Shown here piece by piece: positions 1-6,801 of a stretch of DNA of 31,704 bases (its first letter is position 1; each line of letters begins with the position of its first letter). Where the stretch lies: IMG/VR virus record IMGVR_UViG_3300043407_000013, positions 1-31,704 of that record; one strand, 5' to 3'. The DNA comes from a virus. Its lineage: Duplodnaviria; Caudoviricetes. The notes under the pieces were generated by a model. The model searched no databases. It saw only the letters and a list, made by a program, of their open reading frames with translations, and was not told the DNA's origin. The translations under genes and the position numbers were made by a program.

Positions 1-42
1 ATCTTTGTATTCAAAAAAACTTTCGACTTCATCTTTTGTCAT
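1..42 (-). CDS. N-terminal fragment (MTKDEVESFFEYKD...) of the HNH-AP2 endonuclease, running off the left end
   Basis: ATG at 42-40 overlaps the stop of the upstream ORF (ATGA); the peptide resembles typical phage HNH N-termini; the C-terminal part lies at the right end. Confidence 0.65.
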   Translation of the reverse strand, partial: MTKDEVESFFEYKD

Positions 43-218
43 TTCTTGTCCTTTTGTTCGTTCATGCGTTGGCGTAGGTCATCGGCTTCCGCTTGCCCAC
101 GTTTCTTGGCAATGTCCGCTAGGGTTTGTTGCCACCAATATTGGGCTTCCCCCCGTCCTTCCTCCAAAACTTTCTTGCGGTAGCGCCTCACCCATTCCAT
201 TGCTTCCGTTTGTTTCAT
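39..218 (-). CDS. Hypothetical small helical protein (ORF open to 308; likely start MKQTEAMEW)
   Basis: Charged helical sequence; its stop overlaps the next ATG. Confidence 0.6.
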   Translation of the reverse strand: MKQTEAMEWVRRYRKKVLEEGRGEAQYWWQQTLADIAKKRGQAEADDLRQRMNEQKDKK

Positions 219-318
219 AGTCTCCCGTAAGTTCAAGCGCTCTTGTGATGACAAAGTAGCTAAATTGTTGACCTTCTCTAACCCGATTAAGGATTGCCGT
301 TGCTTCATGGTGTGTCAT
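79..318 (-). CDS. Hypothetical protein (MTHHEATAILNRVREG...)
   Basis: ATGA coupling to the stop of the P-like gene; natural-looking N-terminal helices; overlaps the previous ORF in another frame. Confidence 0.55.
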   Translation of the reverse strand: MTHHEATAILNRVREGQQFSYFVITRALELTGDYETNGSNGMGEALPQESFGGRTGGSPILVATNPSGHCQETWASGSR

Positions 319-704
319 CTTGAGAATTGCTTTTTTAGTTCGGCCAATTTAGCCAATGCCTCGGTTTTAACGCGATCACTCTCAATCTTTTCGTGAATGG
401 TCAACTTACGTTCAATTTGCGGCAATGGCTTAACGGGGATTTCGGGGCCTTGGTTGCACAAGTTTCTAAATTTTATGGCGCTTGGCACAAATTCCTCATT
501 GAGCTTATCAATGGCAAAGTCCATGCTTGGGCGGTACGTTAGGAATCGTCCAAGTTGCCCCTTCCATTCTTGGCGAACAAACTCGGGGTCTAGGCCGTCA
601 AAATGACGATTAAATGGTGCGCCATAAATAGCCATCATTCGCCCAAAGATGTAATCAAGACCTTGGTCTTGGGTGCAGAAATCAGTTTCCAAGTAGTTTG
701 ACAT
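315..704 (-). CDS. Replication protein P-like helicase loader candidate
   Basis: Directly downstream of the initiator; YG..F...W..L and 'FVPSAIKFRNLC' resemble the lambda P-like family; ATG at 704 with GGAGG upstream. Confidence 0.6.
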   Translation of the reverse strand: MSNYLETDFCTQDQGLDYIFGRMMAIYGAPFNRHFDGLDPEFVRQEWKGQLGRFLTYRPSMDFAIDKLNEEFVPSAIKFRNLCNQGPEIPVKPLPQIERKLTIHEKIESDRVKTEALAKLAELKKQFSR

Positions 705-1437
705 TTGTGCCGCCTCCAATTAGCCCACGGGTAAGCCCCGAAATCACCCTTTGATTCATTTGCCCCGTTTTGCTCAAATTTCGCTCATCGGGCTTTAGCC
801 AATCGGCTTGCAAACCTTGTGAACCTCTAGCGCACCAAACACTCAAAAAATCGCTAAACGCCATGTTTGCTTTGGCGGCTTCTTTTCTTGCACCTTTAAC
901 CACGGTTTCCGTGACGGGCGCTTTCTTTGCTTTGCGTAGTTGTTTCCAATCATCCCAAATTTGTTGGTCAACATCGGAGGGGCAAGCAACGATAGTTGCG
1001 CTCTCTCTCTTTGGTTTATGGTTACTGGTTACTGGTTCCTGGTTACTGGTTGGTTGACCCTCCGTTAAACGCTCGTTTAACGCTTGTTCAACGCCCGTTG
1101 AATTCTTGTTCAACGCCCGTTTGAGTGCCGATGCTTTTCCAGCCTTAGAAGCGGTAGTTAATTGTTGTTTGTAATGCTCAATTTCTTTATCGCATCTTGT
1201 GTGATGCCAACAATTATCTTGTTCATTTAAAACAAAAAACATTTCTAACAAGCCTTCAAGAACAACTTGGTTGTCCCTTGTTCCCGTTTTCATGCCAAGT
1301 TCAAATAAATTTTTTGGCAATGGCTTTTCGGAATCGTAATAAATCCAAATTAACTTTAAATAAATTCCAATTTCTTCGTTGGTCAAGAACGATGTATCTT
1401 TGATAAAGTCACCAATGTGATGTTGATAGTAGTGCAT
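682..1437 (-). CDS. DUF1376/YdaU-family replication initiator (lambda O analogue)
   Basis: N-terminus MHYYQHHIGDFIKDTSFLTNEEIGIYLKLIWIYYDSEKPL is the DUF1376 signature; internal iteron-like repeats; C-terminal 'W.DWKQLRKAKKAP.T' domain. Confidence 0.85.
   Translation of the reverse strand: MHYYQHHIGDFIKDTSFLTNEEIGIYLKLIWIYYDSEKPLPKNLFELGMKTGTRDNQVVLEGLLEMFFVLNEQDNCWHHTRCDKEIEHYKQQLTTASKAGKASALKRALNKNSTGVEQALNERLTEGQPTSNQEPVTSNHKPKRESATIVACPSDVDQQIWDDWKQLRKAKKAPVTETVVKGARKEAAKANMAFSDFLSVWCARGSQGLQADWLKPDERNLSKTGQMNQRVISGLTRGLIGGGTNVKLLGN
1012..1053. repeat. Six tandem 7-bp units TGGTTNN (mostly TGGTTAC) inside the initiator gene
   Basis: tggttta tggttac tggttac tggttcc tggttac tggttgg, read directly. 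Confidence 0.9.
1063..1128. repeat. Iteron-like array, six 11-bp units with GTTNAAC core (putative replication origin)
   Basis: cgttaaacgct cgtttaacgct tgttcaacgcc cgttgaattct tgttcaacgcc cgtttgagtgc; exact 17-mer cttgttcaacgcccgtt at 1083 and 1105. Confidence 0.8.
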
Positions 1438-1438
1438 A

Positions 1439-2353
1439 TCAAACCAAACTTTCATTGATTTTTTGCGTTGCTTTCTTCCAATCACCTTTGCAAAACACTA
1501 AGAAATTTTGATGCGTTTTAGCCATTTTTCGGCTTGATTCAAATTGCTTTGTCACACGCATTGAAGCACTACCTACGCTTGTTGCCAAAATTGCCTCGTT
1601 GTATAGCAATGCACCCGCTTGCTCAAAACCATCAATTGTTTCACTTACAAAATTTCGATAAAAACCTTTTTTGTCTCTAAAGTCTCCAACAACAAAACAA
1701 GCAAATGAATCATCTTTCATGCGTTGAACCGAACGCAAAATAATTCTTTTGTAAGCCGCCACAAACGTGTGCCATTCCATGTTTGAAAGGTCTTGAGGGT
1801 CATCGCTATAAACCTCTAAATCCCCGTATGGCGGGCATGAAAATACCATATCGGCAATGGGCGCTTGGGCAAGCATTTCCATACTATCCCCGCAAACCCA
1901 TTCGGGCTTAATAATTGTTTCAATTTCTTCGGCTTGGATTCGGTTTGCTTCAATTTGCTCTAAACGTAAATCGCATCCCCAATAATTCCGTTCTAAAGCA
2001 CCCGCGACAATACCCCTCACGCTTCCCCCCGCAAATGGGTCAAGAATTTGCCCACCTAAAGGGCTAAACCATGAATATGCAAGTTCACATACAACGGGAT
2101 CAAAAATGCTTGTGTAGTTGGCATCCGTCAAACCCGAATCATCGGAGTTTGTTGGGCAATGGATTGCGGCCGCATCGCGCCCAACTTCGCTTGCAATTCC
2201 TAGCGTTTTCCATGCACGTTTACGCTCTTGCCAATCACCACTTTTGGCATCAAGTATTGTAAAAGGCGGCATGATAAAACGCTTCGCAACTATGCCACTA
2301 GCTTGCGGTTTTGTTGATTGACCAAAAAGATCAAGAGAATAAAGTTCCGACAT
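1439..2353 (-). CDS. Amino (N4-C/N6-A) DNA methyltransferase
   Basis: SAM-binding motif I (ILDPFAGGSVRG) precedes catalytic motif IV (FSCPPY); also TSIFDPVVCELAYSWFSP. Confidence 0.9.
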   Translation of the reverse strand: MSELYSLDLFGQSTKPQASGIVAKRFIMPPFTILDAKSGDWQERKRAWKTLGIASEVGRDAAAIHCPTNSDDSGLTDANYTSIFDPVVCELAYSWFSPLGGQILDPFAGGSVRGIVAGALERNYWGCDLRLEQIEANRIQAEEIETIIKPEWVCGDSMEMLAQAPIADMVFSCPPYGDLEVYSDDPQDLSNMEWHTFVAAYKRIILRSVQRMKDDSFACFVVGDFRDKKGFYRNFVSETIDGFEQAGALLYNEAILATSVGSASMRVTKQFESSRKMAKTHQNFLVFCKGDWKKATQKINESLV

Positions 2354-2391
2354 TGAATTTTTCCACTTAAAAATCCACTTAAAAGAAACAT

Positions 2392-2447
2392 CGGCAGGGG
2401 AAAAGTGGGAACCCTTTTCGGAATGGGGATCAATCCATTCCTAGCCG
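2392..2447 (-). ncRNA. Candidate c4-like structured RNA (three-stem junction)
   Basis: Minus strand CGGCUAG...CUGCCG closing stem, GGAAUGG/CCAUUCC hairpin and GAAAAG/CUUUUC hairpin; intergenic between the Cro-like gene and the MTase. Confidence 0.6.
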
Positions 2448-2461
2448 CGTTTCAAACAATC

Positions 2462-2617
2462 TTACTCTACAAACCATTGTGGACGCAAGAACATCAATTG
2501 ATAAATTCTTCCCTTTGGAATTTTTTTCCATTGATGAACAGCAGTCCTGTGAATACCCAATATTCGAGCAAGCTCACTTTGTGAGCCAGCAAGTGTGATA
2601 GCTTTTTGTTTGTCCAT
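2462..2617 (-). CDS. cro: Cro/YdaS-like HTH regulator, 51 aa (absent from the ORF track)
   Basis: Hand translation MDKQKAITLAGSQSELARILGIHRTAVHQWKKIPKGRIYQLMFLRPQWFVE has a classic Cro-type HTH; first gene of the leftward arm. Confidence 0.85.
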   Translation of the reverse strand: MDKQKAITLAGSQSELARILGIHRTAVHQWKKIPKGRIYQLMFLRPQWFVE

Positions 2618-2623
2618 TTACAA

Positions 2624-2632
2624 AGTATAGCA
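2624..2632 (-). promoter_or_regulatory. Extended -10 promoter (TGcTATACT) for leftward, probably leaderless, cro transcript
   Basis: Lies 6 nt upstream of the cro ATG; no Shine-Dalgarno. Confidence 0.6.
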
Positions 2633-2690
2633 AAATAAACAAATATCAATTTGCAAAAATACAACACTTTAAATTATTTTTATAAAAATC

Positions 2691-2718
2691 TTGATTGGCG
2701 TATAGAAATCTATACAAT
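2691..2718 (+). promoter_or_regulatory. Rightward sigma70-like promoter (TTGATT-16-TACAAT) overlapped by palindrome GTATAGA-AA-TCTATAC (2700-2715)
   Basis: Consensus-like hexamers downstream of an AT-rich tract; perfect 7-2-7 inverted repeat. Confidence 0.65.
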
Positions 2719-2764
2719 GCACCCATGCCCTAGCAAATCGCATGGGGTCTTTTAAGGAGTCAAT

Positions 2765-2968
2765 ATGACACGTTTTACAGAGAAAACCATTCGCACTAAT
2801 GGCAAATGGGTCAAGATCACTAGAGACAACAAAGAACGCACTTTCACCTTTGCAGTAGGGTATCAAGGTGAATTTACTGCCCGTGAAATTGAGGGCACTT
2901 TGTCTTTTAAATGGGTTGCTAATTGGACGGAAGCAACAGAACGTGCAATGCGTTTGGCAACCATTTAA
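2765..2968 (+). CDS. Hypothetical early protein
   Basis: Strong SD (AAGGAG); first gene after the rightward promoter. Confidence 0.8.
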   Translation: MTRFTEKTIRTNGKWVKITRDNKERTFTFAVGYQGEFTAREIEGTLSFKWVANWTEATERAMRLATI

Positions 2969-2977
2969 GGAAACACC

Positions 2978-3238
2978 ATGAAACACAACTTACAACATAG
3001 ATTTCAAGACGCGGTGTCATTTGATGACGGCGAGACTATTGAAGTCGTCACCGTTGGCTATGACCACTTGCCCGAGAAAATCAATTACCCCCATGACCAC
3101 AACTTTGCGGAAATGTTCGATGTGTTTGTATTTGACGCAAACGAAAAAGACATTACCTATGACATCCCAAATGACGAATACAAGCGTTTGATGGAAGAAG
3201 CTAAAAAAGATTTCTACACAACTAGCGAGGCCGTATGA
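2978..3238 (+). CDS. Hypothetical acidic early protein
   Basis: SD AAGGA; tight operon packing. Confidence 0.75.
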   Translation: MKHNLQHRFQDAVSFDDGETIEVVTVGYDHLPEKINYPHDHNFAEMFDVFVFDANEKDITYDIPNDEYKRLMEEAKKDFYTTSEAV

Positions 3239-3327
3239 AACACAAAATTATTCAAACACTTATTGAGTGCGTGCTTGCCATCATCATCTTTGGCGGCATT
3301 GGCGTAATGTTGGCTTGGAGGGGGTGA
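3235..3327 (+). CDS. Small single-pass membrane protein, 30 aa (MKHKIIQTLIECVLAIIIFGGIGVMLAWRG)
   Basis: ATGA overlap with the upstream stop; hydrophobic core; absent from the ORF track. Confidence 0.7.
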   Translation: MKHKIIQTLIECVLAIIIFGGIGVMLAWRG

Positions 3328-3329
3328 GC

Positions 3330-3515
3330 ATGATTGACCACCTTAAAGATTACTTCCGCTTGCCATCGGCAAAAGAGTTGGCTGCCAAAGAACTTGAAAT
3401 GGCACAACGCAAGCTATTAGAGGCTCTTAGCGCCCAAGAATATGCAAAGCGTATGTGTGACTACCACTCGGATCGAATCAAACGCCTAACGGCTTATTTA
3501 AAGGAAGAAGCATGA
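3330..3515 (+). CDS. Hypothetical coiled-coil protein (start MIDHLK)
   Basis: GGAGG-type SD upstream; stop overlaps the erf start. Confidence 0.75.
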   Translation: MIDHLKDYFRLPSAKELAAKELEMAQRKLLEALSAQEYAKRMCDYHSDRIKRLTAYLKEEA

Positions 3516-4072
3516 AAAATCTAGCAACCGCATTAGTCAAAGCACAAAAAGCATTTGGCCCCGCCCTCAAGACATCCACTAACCCGCACTTCAAGTCAAG
3601 ATATGCGGATTTGGCGGCTTGCGTTGAGGCGGTCATTGATGCTCTAAACGACAACGGCATTGCCTTAATTCAAAAGAATTATGAATGTGCCAATGGCGTA
3701 ATGATTGAAACCATGTTTGTTCACGAATCGGGCGAAATGCTTGAGTGCGGGATTCTCCATGTACCCGCCAACAAACAAGATGCCCAAGGGTATGGCAGCG
3801 CTTTGACTTACGCTCGCAGATATAGCTTGATGGCGGCTTGTGGCATAGCCCCCGAGGATGATGACGGTAACGTAGCAAGTCGCAAGACGGTTATTGAAAA
3901 GCCAACAATCAATGAAAACGCCCTTACGGATCATTTGGCGGCTATTGAGGCATCTACCGACCAAGACGCTTTAAAAATCGCCTACAAAGCCGCTTATGGG
4001 GCTTGTAATGGCAATACGGAATGGCAAGGTAAAGTCATTGCCGCTAAAGACAAAGCAAAGGCAAAACTCTAA
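3512..4072 (+). CDS. erf: ERF-family single-strand annealing protein
   Basis: NPHFKSRYADL and AQGYGSALTYARRYSLMAACGIAPEDDDGN signatures. Confidence 0.95.
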   Translation: MKNLATALVKAQKAFGPALKTSTNPHFKSRYADLAACVEAVIDALNDNGIALIQKNYECANGVMIETMFVHESGEMLECGILHVPANKQDAQGYGSALTYARRYSLMAACGIAPEDDDGNVASRKTVIEKPTINENALTDHLAAIEASTDQDALKIAYKAAYGACNGNTEWQGKVIAAKDKAKAKL

Positions 4073-4284
4073 TGTGGCGCAAAAGGGAAATTATGAACAA
4101 ACGCAATGAAGATGATGATATTCAAGAATACATCCGACCTTGGGTTGGATTAACGGATGAAGAAATTGAAAACGCTATTGACAATGGATTTGCATTTGGC
4201 CTTGATGACGGAAACGTATCAAACCAAACCGTGATTAAGTATGTTCGAGTTATTGAAGCAAAATTAAAGGAGAAAAACACATGA
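4072..4284 (+). CDS. Hypothetical protein (WVGLTDEEI...IEAKLKEKN type)
   Basis: Common small phage ORF motif; coupled on both sides. Confidence 0.7.
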   Translation: MWRKREIMNKRNEDDDIQEYIRPWVGLTDEEIENAIDNGFAFGLDDGNVSNQTVIKYVRVIEAKLKEKNT

Positions 4285-4907
4285 TTGAAATGATTGAACA
4301 ACGCTCGGACGCATGGTTTGAGGCACGAATTGGTAAGGTCACCGCATCCCGTGTGGCCGATGTGCTTGCCAAAACCAAAACGGGCTACTCAACAAGCCGC
4401 GACAACTACATGGCGCAATTGGTTTGCGAGCGCCTAACGGGTGAAAAAGGGGAAAGTTTTACCAATGCCGCAATGCAACATGGGACGGACACCGAACCTT
4501 TAGCCCGTATATCGTATGAAGTCGCTCAAAACGTGTTAGTCGATGAAGTGGGGTTTGTCCCCCATCCAACGATTGAGATGGCGGGCGCTTCCCCCGATGG
4601 CTTGGTTGGGGACGATGGGCTGCTAGAGATTAAGTGTCCAAACACAGCCACGCATATTGAGACTTTGCTAAGTCAAACCGTGCCAAGCAAGTACAACACG
4701 CAAATGCAATTCCAAATGGCTTGCACGGGGCGGCAATGGTGCGATTTCGTTAGCTTCGATAATCGTTTACCCCAAGAACTTCAATTGTTTGTTAAACGTG
4801 TTCCACGGGACGATTTGTTTATTAAGCAAACAGAAGCAGAAATTGTCCAATTCCTTGCCGAGTTGGATGACAAAATCAACAAACTTATGAAAGTCAAAAA
4901 TGTCTAA
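4281..4907 (+). CDS. YqaJ/lambda-exonuclease family protein
   Basis: QRSDAWFEARIGKVTASR, HGTDTEP, GASPDGLV, LEIKCP, QMQFQM motifs. Confidence 0.95.
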   Translation: MIEMIEQRSDAWFEARIGKVTASRVADVLAKTKTGYSTSRDNYMAQLVCERLTGEKGESFTNAAMQHGTDTEPLARISYEVAQNVLVDEVGFVPHPTIEMAGASPDGLVGDDGLLEIKCPNTATHIETLLSQTVPSKYNTQMQFQMACTGRQWCDFVSFDNRLPQELQLFVKRVPRDDLFIKQTEAEIVQFLAELDDKINKLMKVKNV

Positions 4908-5136
4908 AATTTACGAAATTTCCGTTGTTAATGGAAAATACAAAAACAAAGATGGTGTAGAAAAATCCCGTTACCAAATCATTGGATCGGTCATTGAGAC
5001 AAAAAACGGGCCAATGCTCAAATTAGACAATGTGCCTCTTATGGATGGCGGTTGGAACGGTTGGGCATACCTTAACACCCCAAAGCCTAAAGATGACTAC
5101 AAAGGCTTGCCAAAGGACGATGACATCGATTTTTGA
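4900..5136 (+). CDS. Small SSB-like protein
   Basis: Beta-rich N-terminus, SSB-type acidic tail DDDIDF, and position after erf/exo. Confidence 0.6.
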   Translation: MSKIYEISVVNGKYKNKDGVEKSRYQIIGSVIETKNGPMLKLDNVPLMDGGWNGWAYLNTPKPKDDYKGLPKDDDIDF

Positions 5137-5141
5137 TTAAC

Positions 5142-5188
5142 GGGGGAAAGCCATGCAATTTTGCTTGCGGACGAATGGTTAGTACCCC
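5142..5188 (+). ncRNA. Candidate structured RNA with bulged-G (sarcin-ricin/loop E) module
   Basis: GGGG-GAAA-GCCAU...AUGGU-UAGUA-CCCC with an inner GCAA/UUGC stem; intergenic; no U-tail. Confidence 0.55.
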
Positions 5189-5206
5189 ACCCAATAAGGA
5201 AACATC

Positions 5207-5533
5207 ATGGACTATAAAGAAACATTTAAACGCATTTTTGCCATGCCCGAATTCCCAAGAGTTCGTGCGAATGATCCCTTAACATCTTTTGAGGCAGCGG
5301 AGTCGATTAAAGACGTTGCCCCTCAACACCACCAAATTATTTTTGATTGCCTCAAGTTTTACGGGCCACTTGGCAAAGATGGCATTTCGGCTTTGACAAT
5401 GCTTGACCCTAATCAAGTTGCTAGGCGGCTCAACGAAATGAAAATCATCGGCCTTATTCAATTGACGGGCAACACCGTGAAATCCAATTCGGGGCGAAAT
5501 GAAAGAGAATGGCAATGTATCCAATCGAACTAG
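5207..5533 (+). CDS. Winged-HTH DNA-binding protein
   Basis: RANDPLTSFEAAE leader, then HTH (...PNQVARRLNEM..GLI..TG...SGRNEREW). Confidence 0.75.
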   Translation: MDYKETFKRIFAMPEFPRVRANDPLTSFEAAESIKDVAPQHHQIIFDCLKFYGPLGKDGISALTMLDPNQVARRLNEMKIIGLIQLTGNTVKSNSGRNEREWQCIQSN

Positions 5534-5694
5534 GCAAAGCTCAACCCGTTCATAGATTACGATCTTGTAATAAATGCGATGAAACCAAACCGCCCGAAAG
5601 CGGGGTTGATATGGGGCATAAGTGGATTTGCCAATCTTGTTGGATTGTTCGTTTAACGGGTAAACACTTGAGGCAAAACAATGACAAAAGATGA
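5509..5694 (+). CDS. Small Zn-finger protein
   Basis: CNKC...CQSC pairs. Confidence 0.6.
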   Translation: MAMYPIELGKAQPVHRLRSCNKCDETKPPESGVDMGHKWICQSCWIVRLTGKHLRQNNDKR

Positions 5695-5875
5695 CTTGGT
5701 TGCATTGCTACGCATTACGGGCGCTCACGAAACCGCCATAGACGCGGTATGCGCGGCTTACGATGCGGGTTGGAACGATGCCCTTGATGACTACGCCAAA
5801 CGCATTTTGGTGCTTCCTTTTGGCAAAGACACAATCGGAAGTTTTGGGTGTTTTATCAAAGACGCTAAGAAATAA
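5681..5875 (+). CDS. Hypothetical protein
   Basis: GAGG SD; last rightward gene, convergent with the lysozyme. Confidence 0.65.
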   Translation: MTKDDLVALLRITGAHETAIDAVCAAYDAGWNDALDDYAKRILVLPFGKDTIGSFGCFIKDAKK

Positions 5876-6308
5876 GGGCGCACTCGGCTTGCCTACGCTT
5901 TAGGAGTCCTGGCAACACCTTGCCGCCCCCTTTAGTCCAAAGCATCAATTGCTCTTTTGCCCCTTCCCAATCTTGAGCATTGATTTTTCGCTTTAAAGTG
6001 GACGTTTGAAGTCGCCCACAGCCCAAATTGTAAACAAAATCCACGACCGAATTGCACTTGCGTTCATCGGTTGCAAGGATAGGGCATTGCCTCAAAACGC
6101 TTGGCAAGTAAGTATGCTCAAGTTCTACCATCAACAAAGCGCTTGCGGTAAACTCATCCATAGGGGCATCTTCTAAGGTCACTTTACGCCCGTCCGAATA
6201 GTAGGTTGAGCCATAACCAATCGTGGCAACCCCCGCAGGGCATAGGTAGGGTTTACTTCTAAACCCCTCAAATTTTTTACAAAGGGATGCGGCCAACTCA
6301 AGGTTCAT
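5865..6308 (-). CDS. Endolysin, GH24 phage lysozyme
   Basis: FEG..SKPYLCPAGVATIGYG, FVYNLG, STLKRKINA, VLPGLLKRRQAE. Confidence 0.97.
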   Translation of the reverse strand: MNLELAASLCKKFEGFRSKPYLCPAGVATIGYGSTYYSDGRKVTLEDAPMDEFTASALLMVELEHTYLPSVLRQCPILATDERKCNSVVDFVYNLGCGRLQTSTLKRKINAQDWEGAKEQLMLWTKGGGKVLPGLLKRRQAECALIS

Positions 6309-6799
6309 ATGCCCCTCTTAGACAATGTACGGTCAAGAAACCAATAATTGATTGTTCCCGACAACAAAGCGGAAAAATCGGGGGTCATCATGGTTTTAAA
6401 CACTTCAACGGCGGGCGCACCCAAAAGCCATGCGTTGTAGGCAAACCAAACGTGGATAAATGACCACACAAACAAAACCCAATAAGTGACCATAGGACGC
6501 ACGGATGCGGAAAGTGAGGCTACCCATCCACCCGCCGCTTTAACCATCTCCGCTTGTTGTGTAATGGCGTTGTTAAAGGCATCCATCACGCCCACATCAA
6601 TGGCGGCCTCCCGTTGTGCGCCAATTTCCGCTAACTTTTGTTGACCACGTTGGGCTTCCAAATCGCATTGGAACTTGAACATATTTAGTTCGTGTTGGCG
6701 CTCGTTTTTCTTATCGAGCCACTTGAGAACTTCGGGGGCCATCCTAAAGATGCCGCCAAAAATAGAACCCAACAATCCACCGCTTAAAACTTCAAACAT
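6305..6799 (-). CDS. Holin-like membrane protein (3-TM, GTA-holin-like)
   Basis: N-terminal hydrophobic helix, coiled coil, 'SVRP' then TM segments, C-terminal YWFLDR; adjacent to lysozyme; GGAGGA SD. Confidence 0.6.
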   Translation of the reverse strand: MFEVLSGGLLGSIFGGIFRMAPEVLKWLDKKNERQHELNMFKFQCDLEAQRGQQKLAEIGAQREAAIDVGVMDAFNNAITQQAEMVKAAGGWVASLSASVRPMVTYWVLFVWSFIHVWFAYNAWLLGAPAVEVFKTMMTPDFSALLSGTINYWFLDRTLSKRGI

Positions 6800-6801
6800 A
6801 A

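Noticed and set aside
2392-2447. tRNA
   Set aside because: Too short, only two internal arms, no TTC-containing T-loop in the correct position, no CCA end.
2669-2986. 105-aa minus-strand ORF as a possible CI repressor
   Set aside because: No HTH or S24 motif; antisense to a well-supported gene and promoter.
3267-3329. N-terminal extension of the 82-aa ORF in the track
   Set aside because: The region is better explained by the 30-aa membrane ORF, with the true start at 3330 behind a GGAGG SD.
5865-5875. Bidirectional terminator between convergent arms
   Set aside because: The genes overlap by 11 bp and I see no convincing hairpin with a U-tract.
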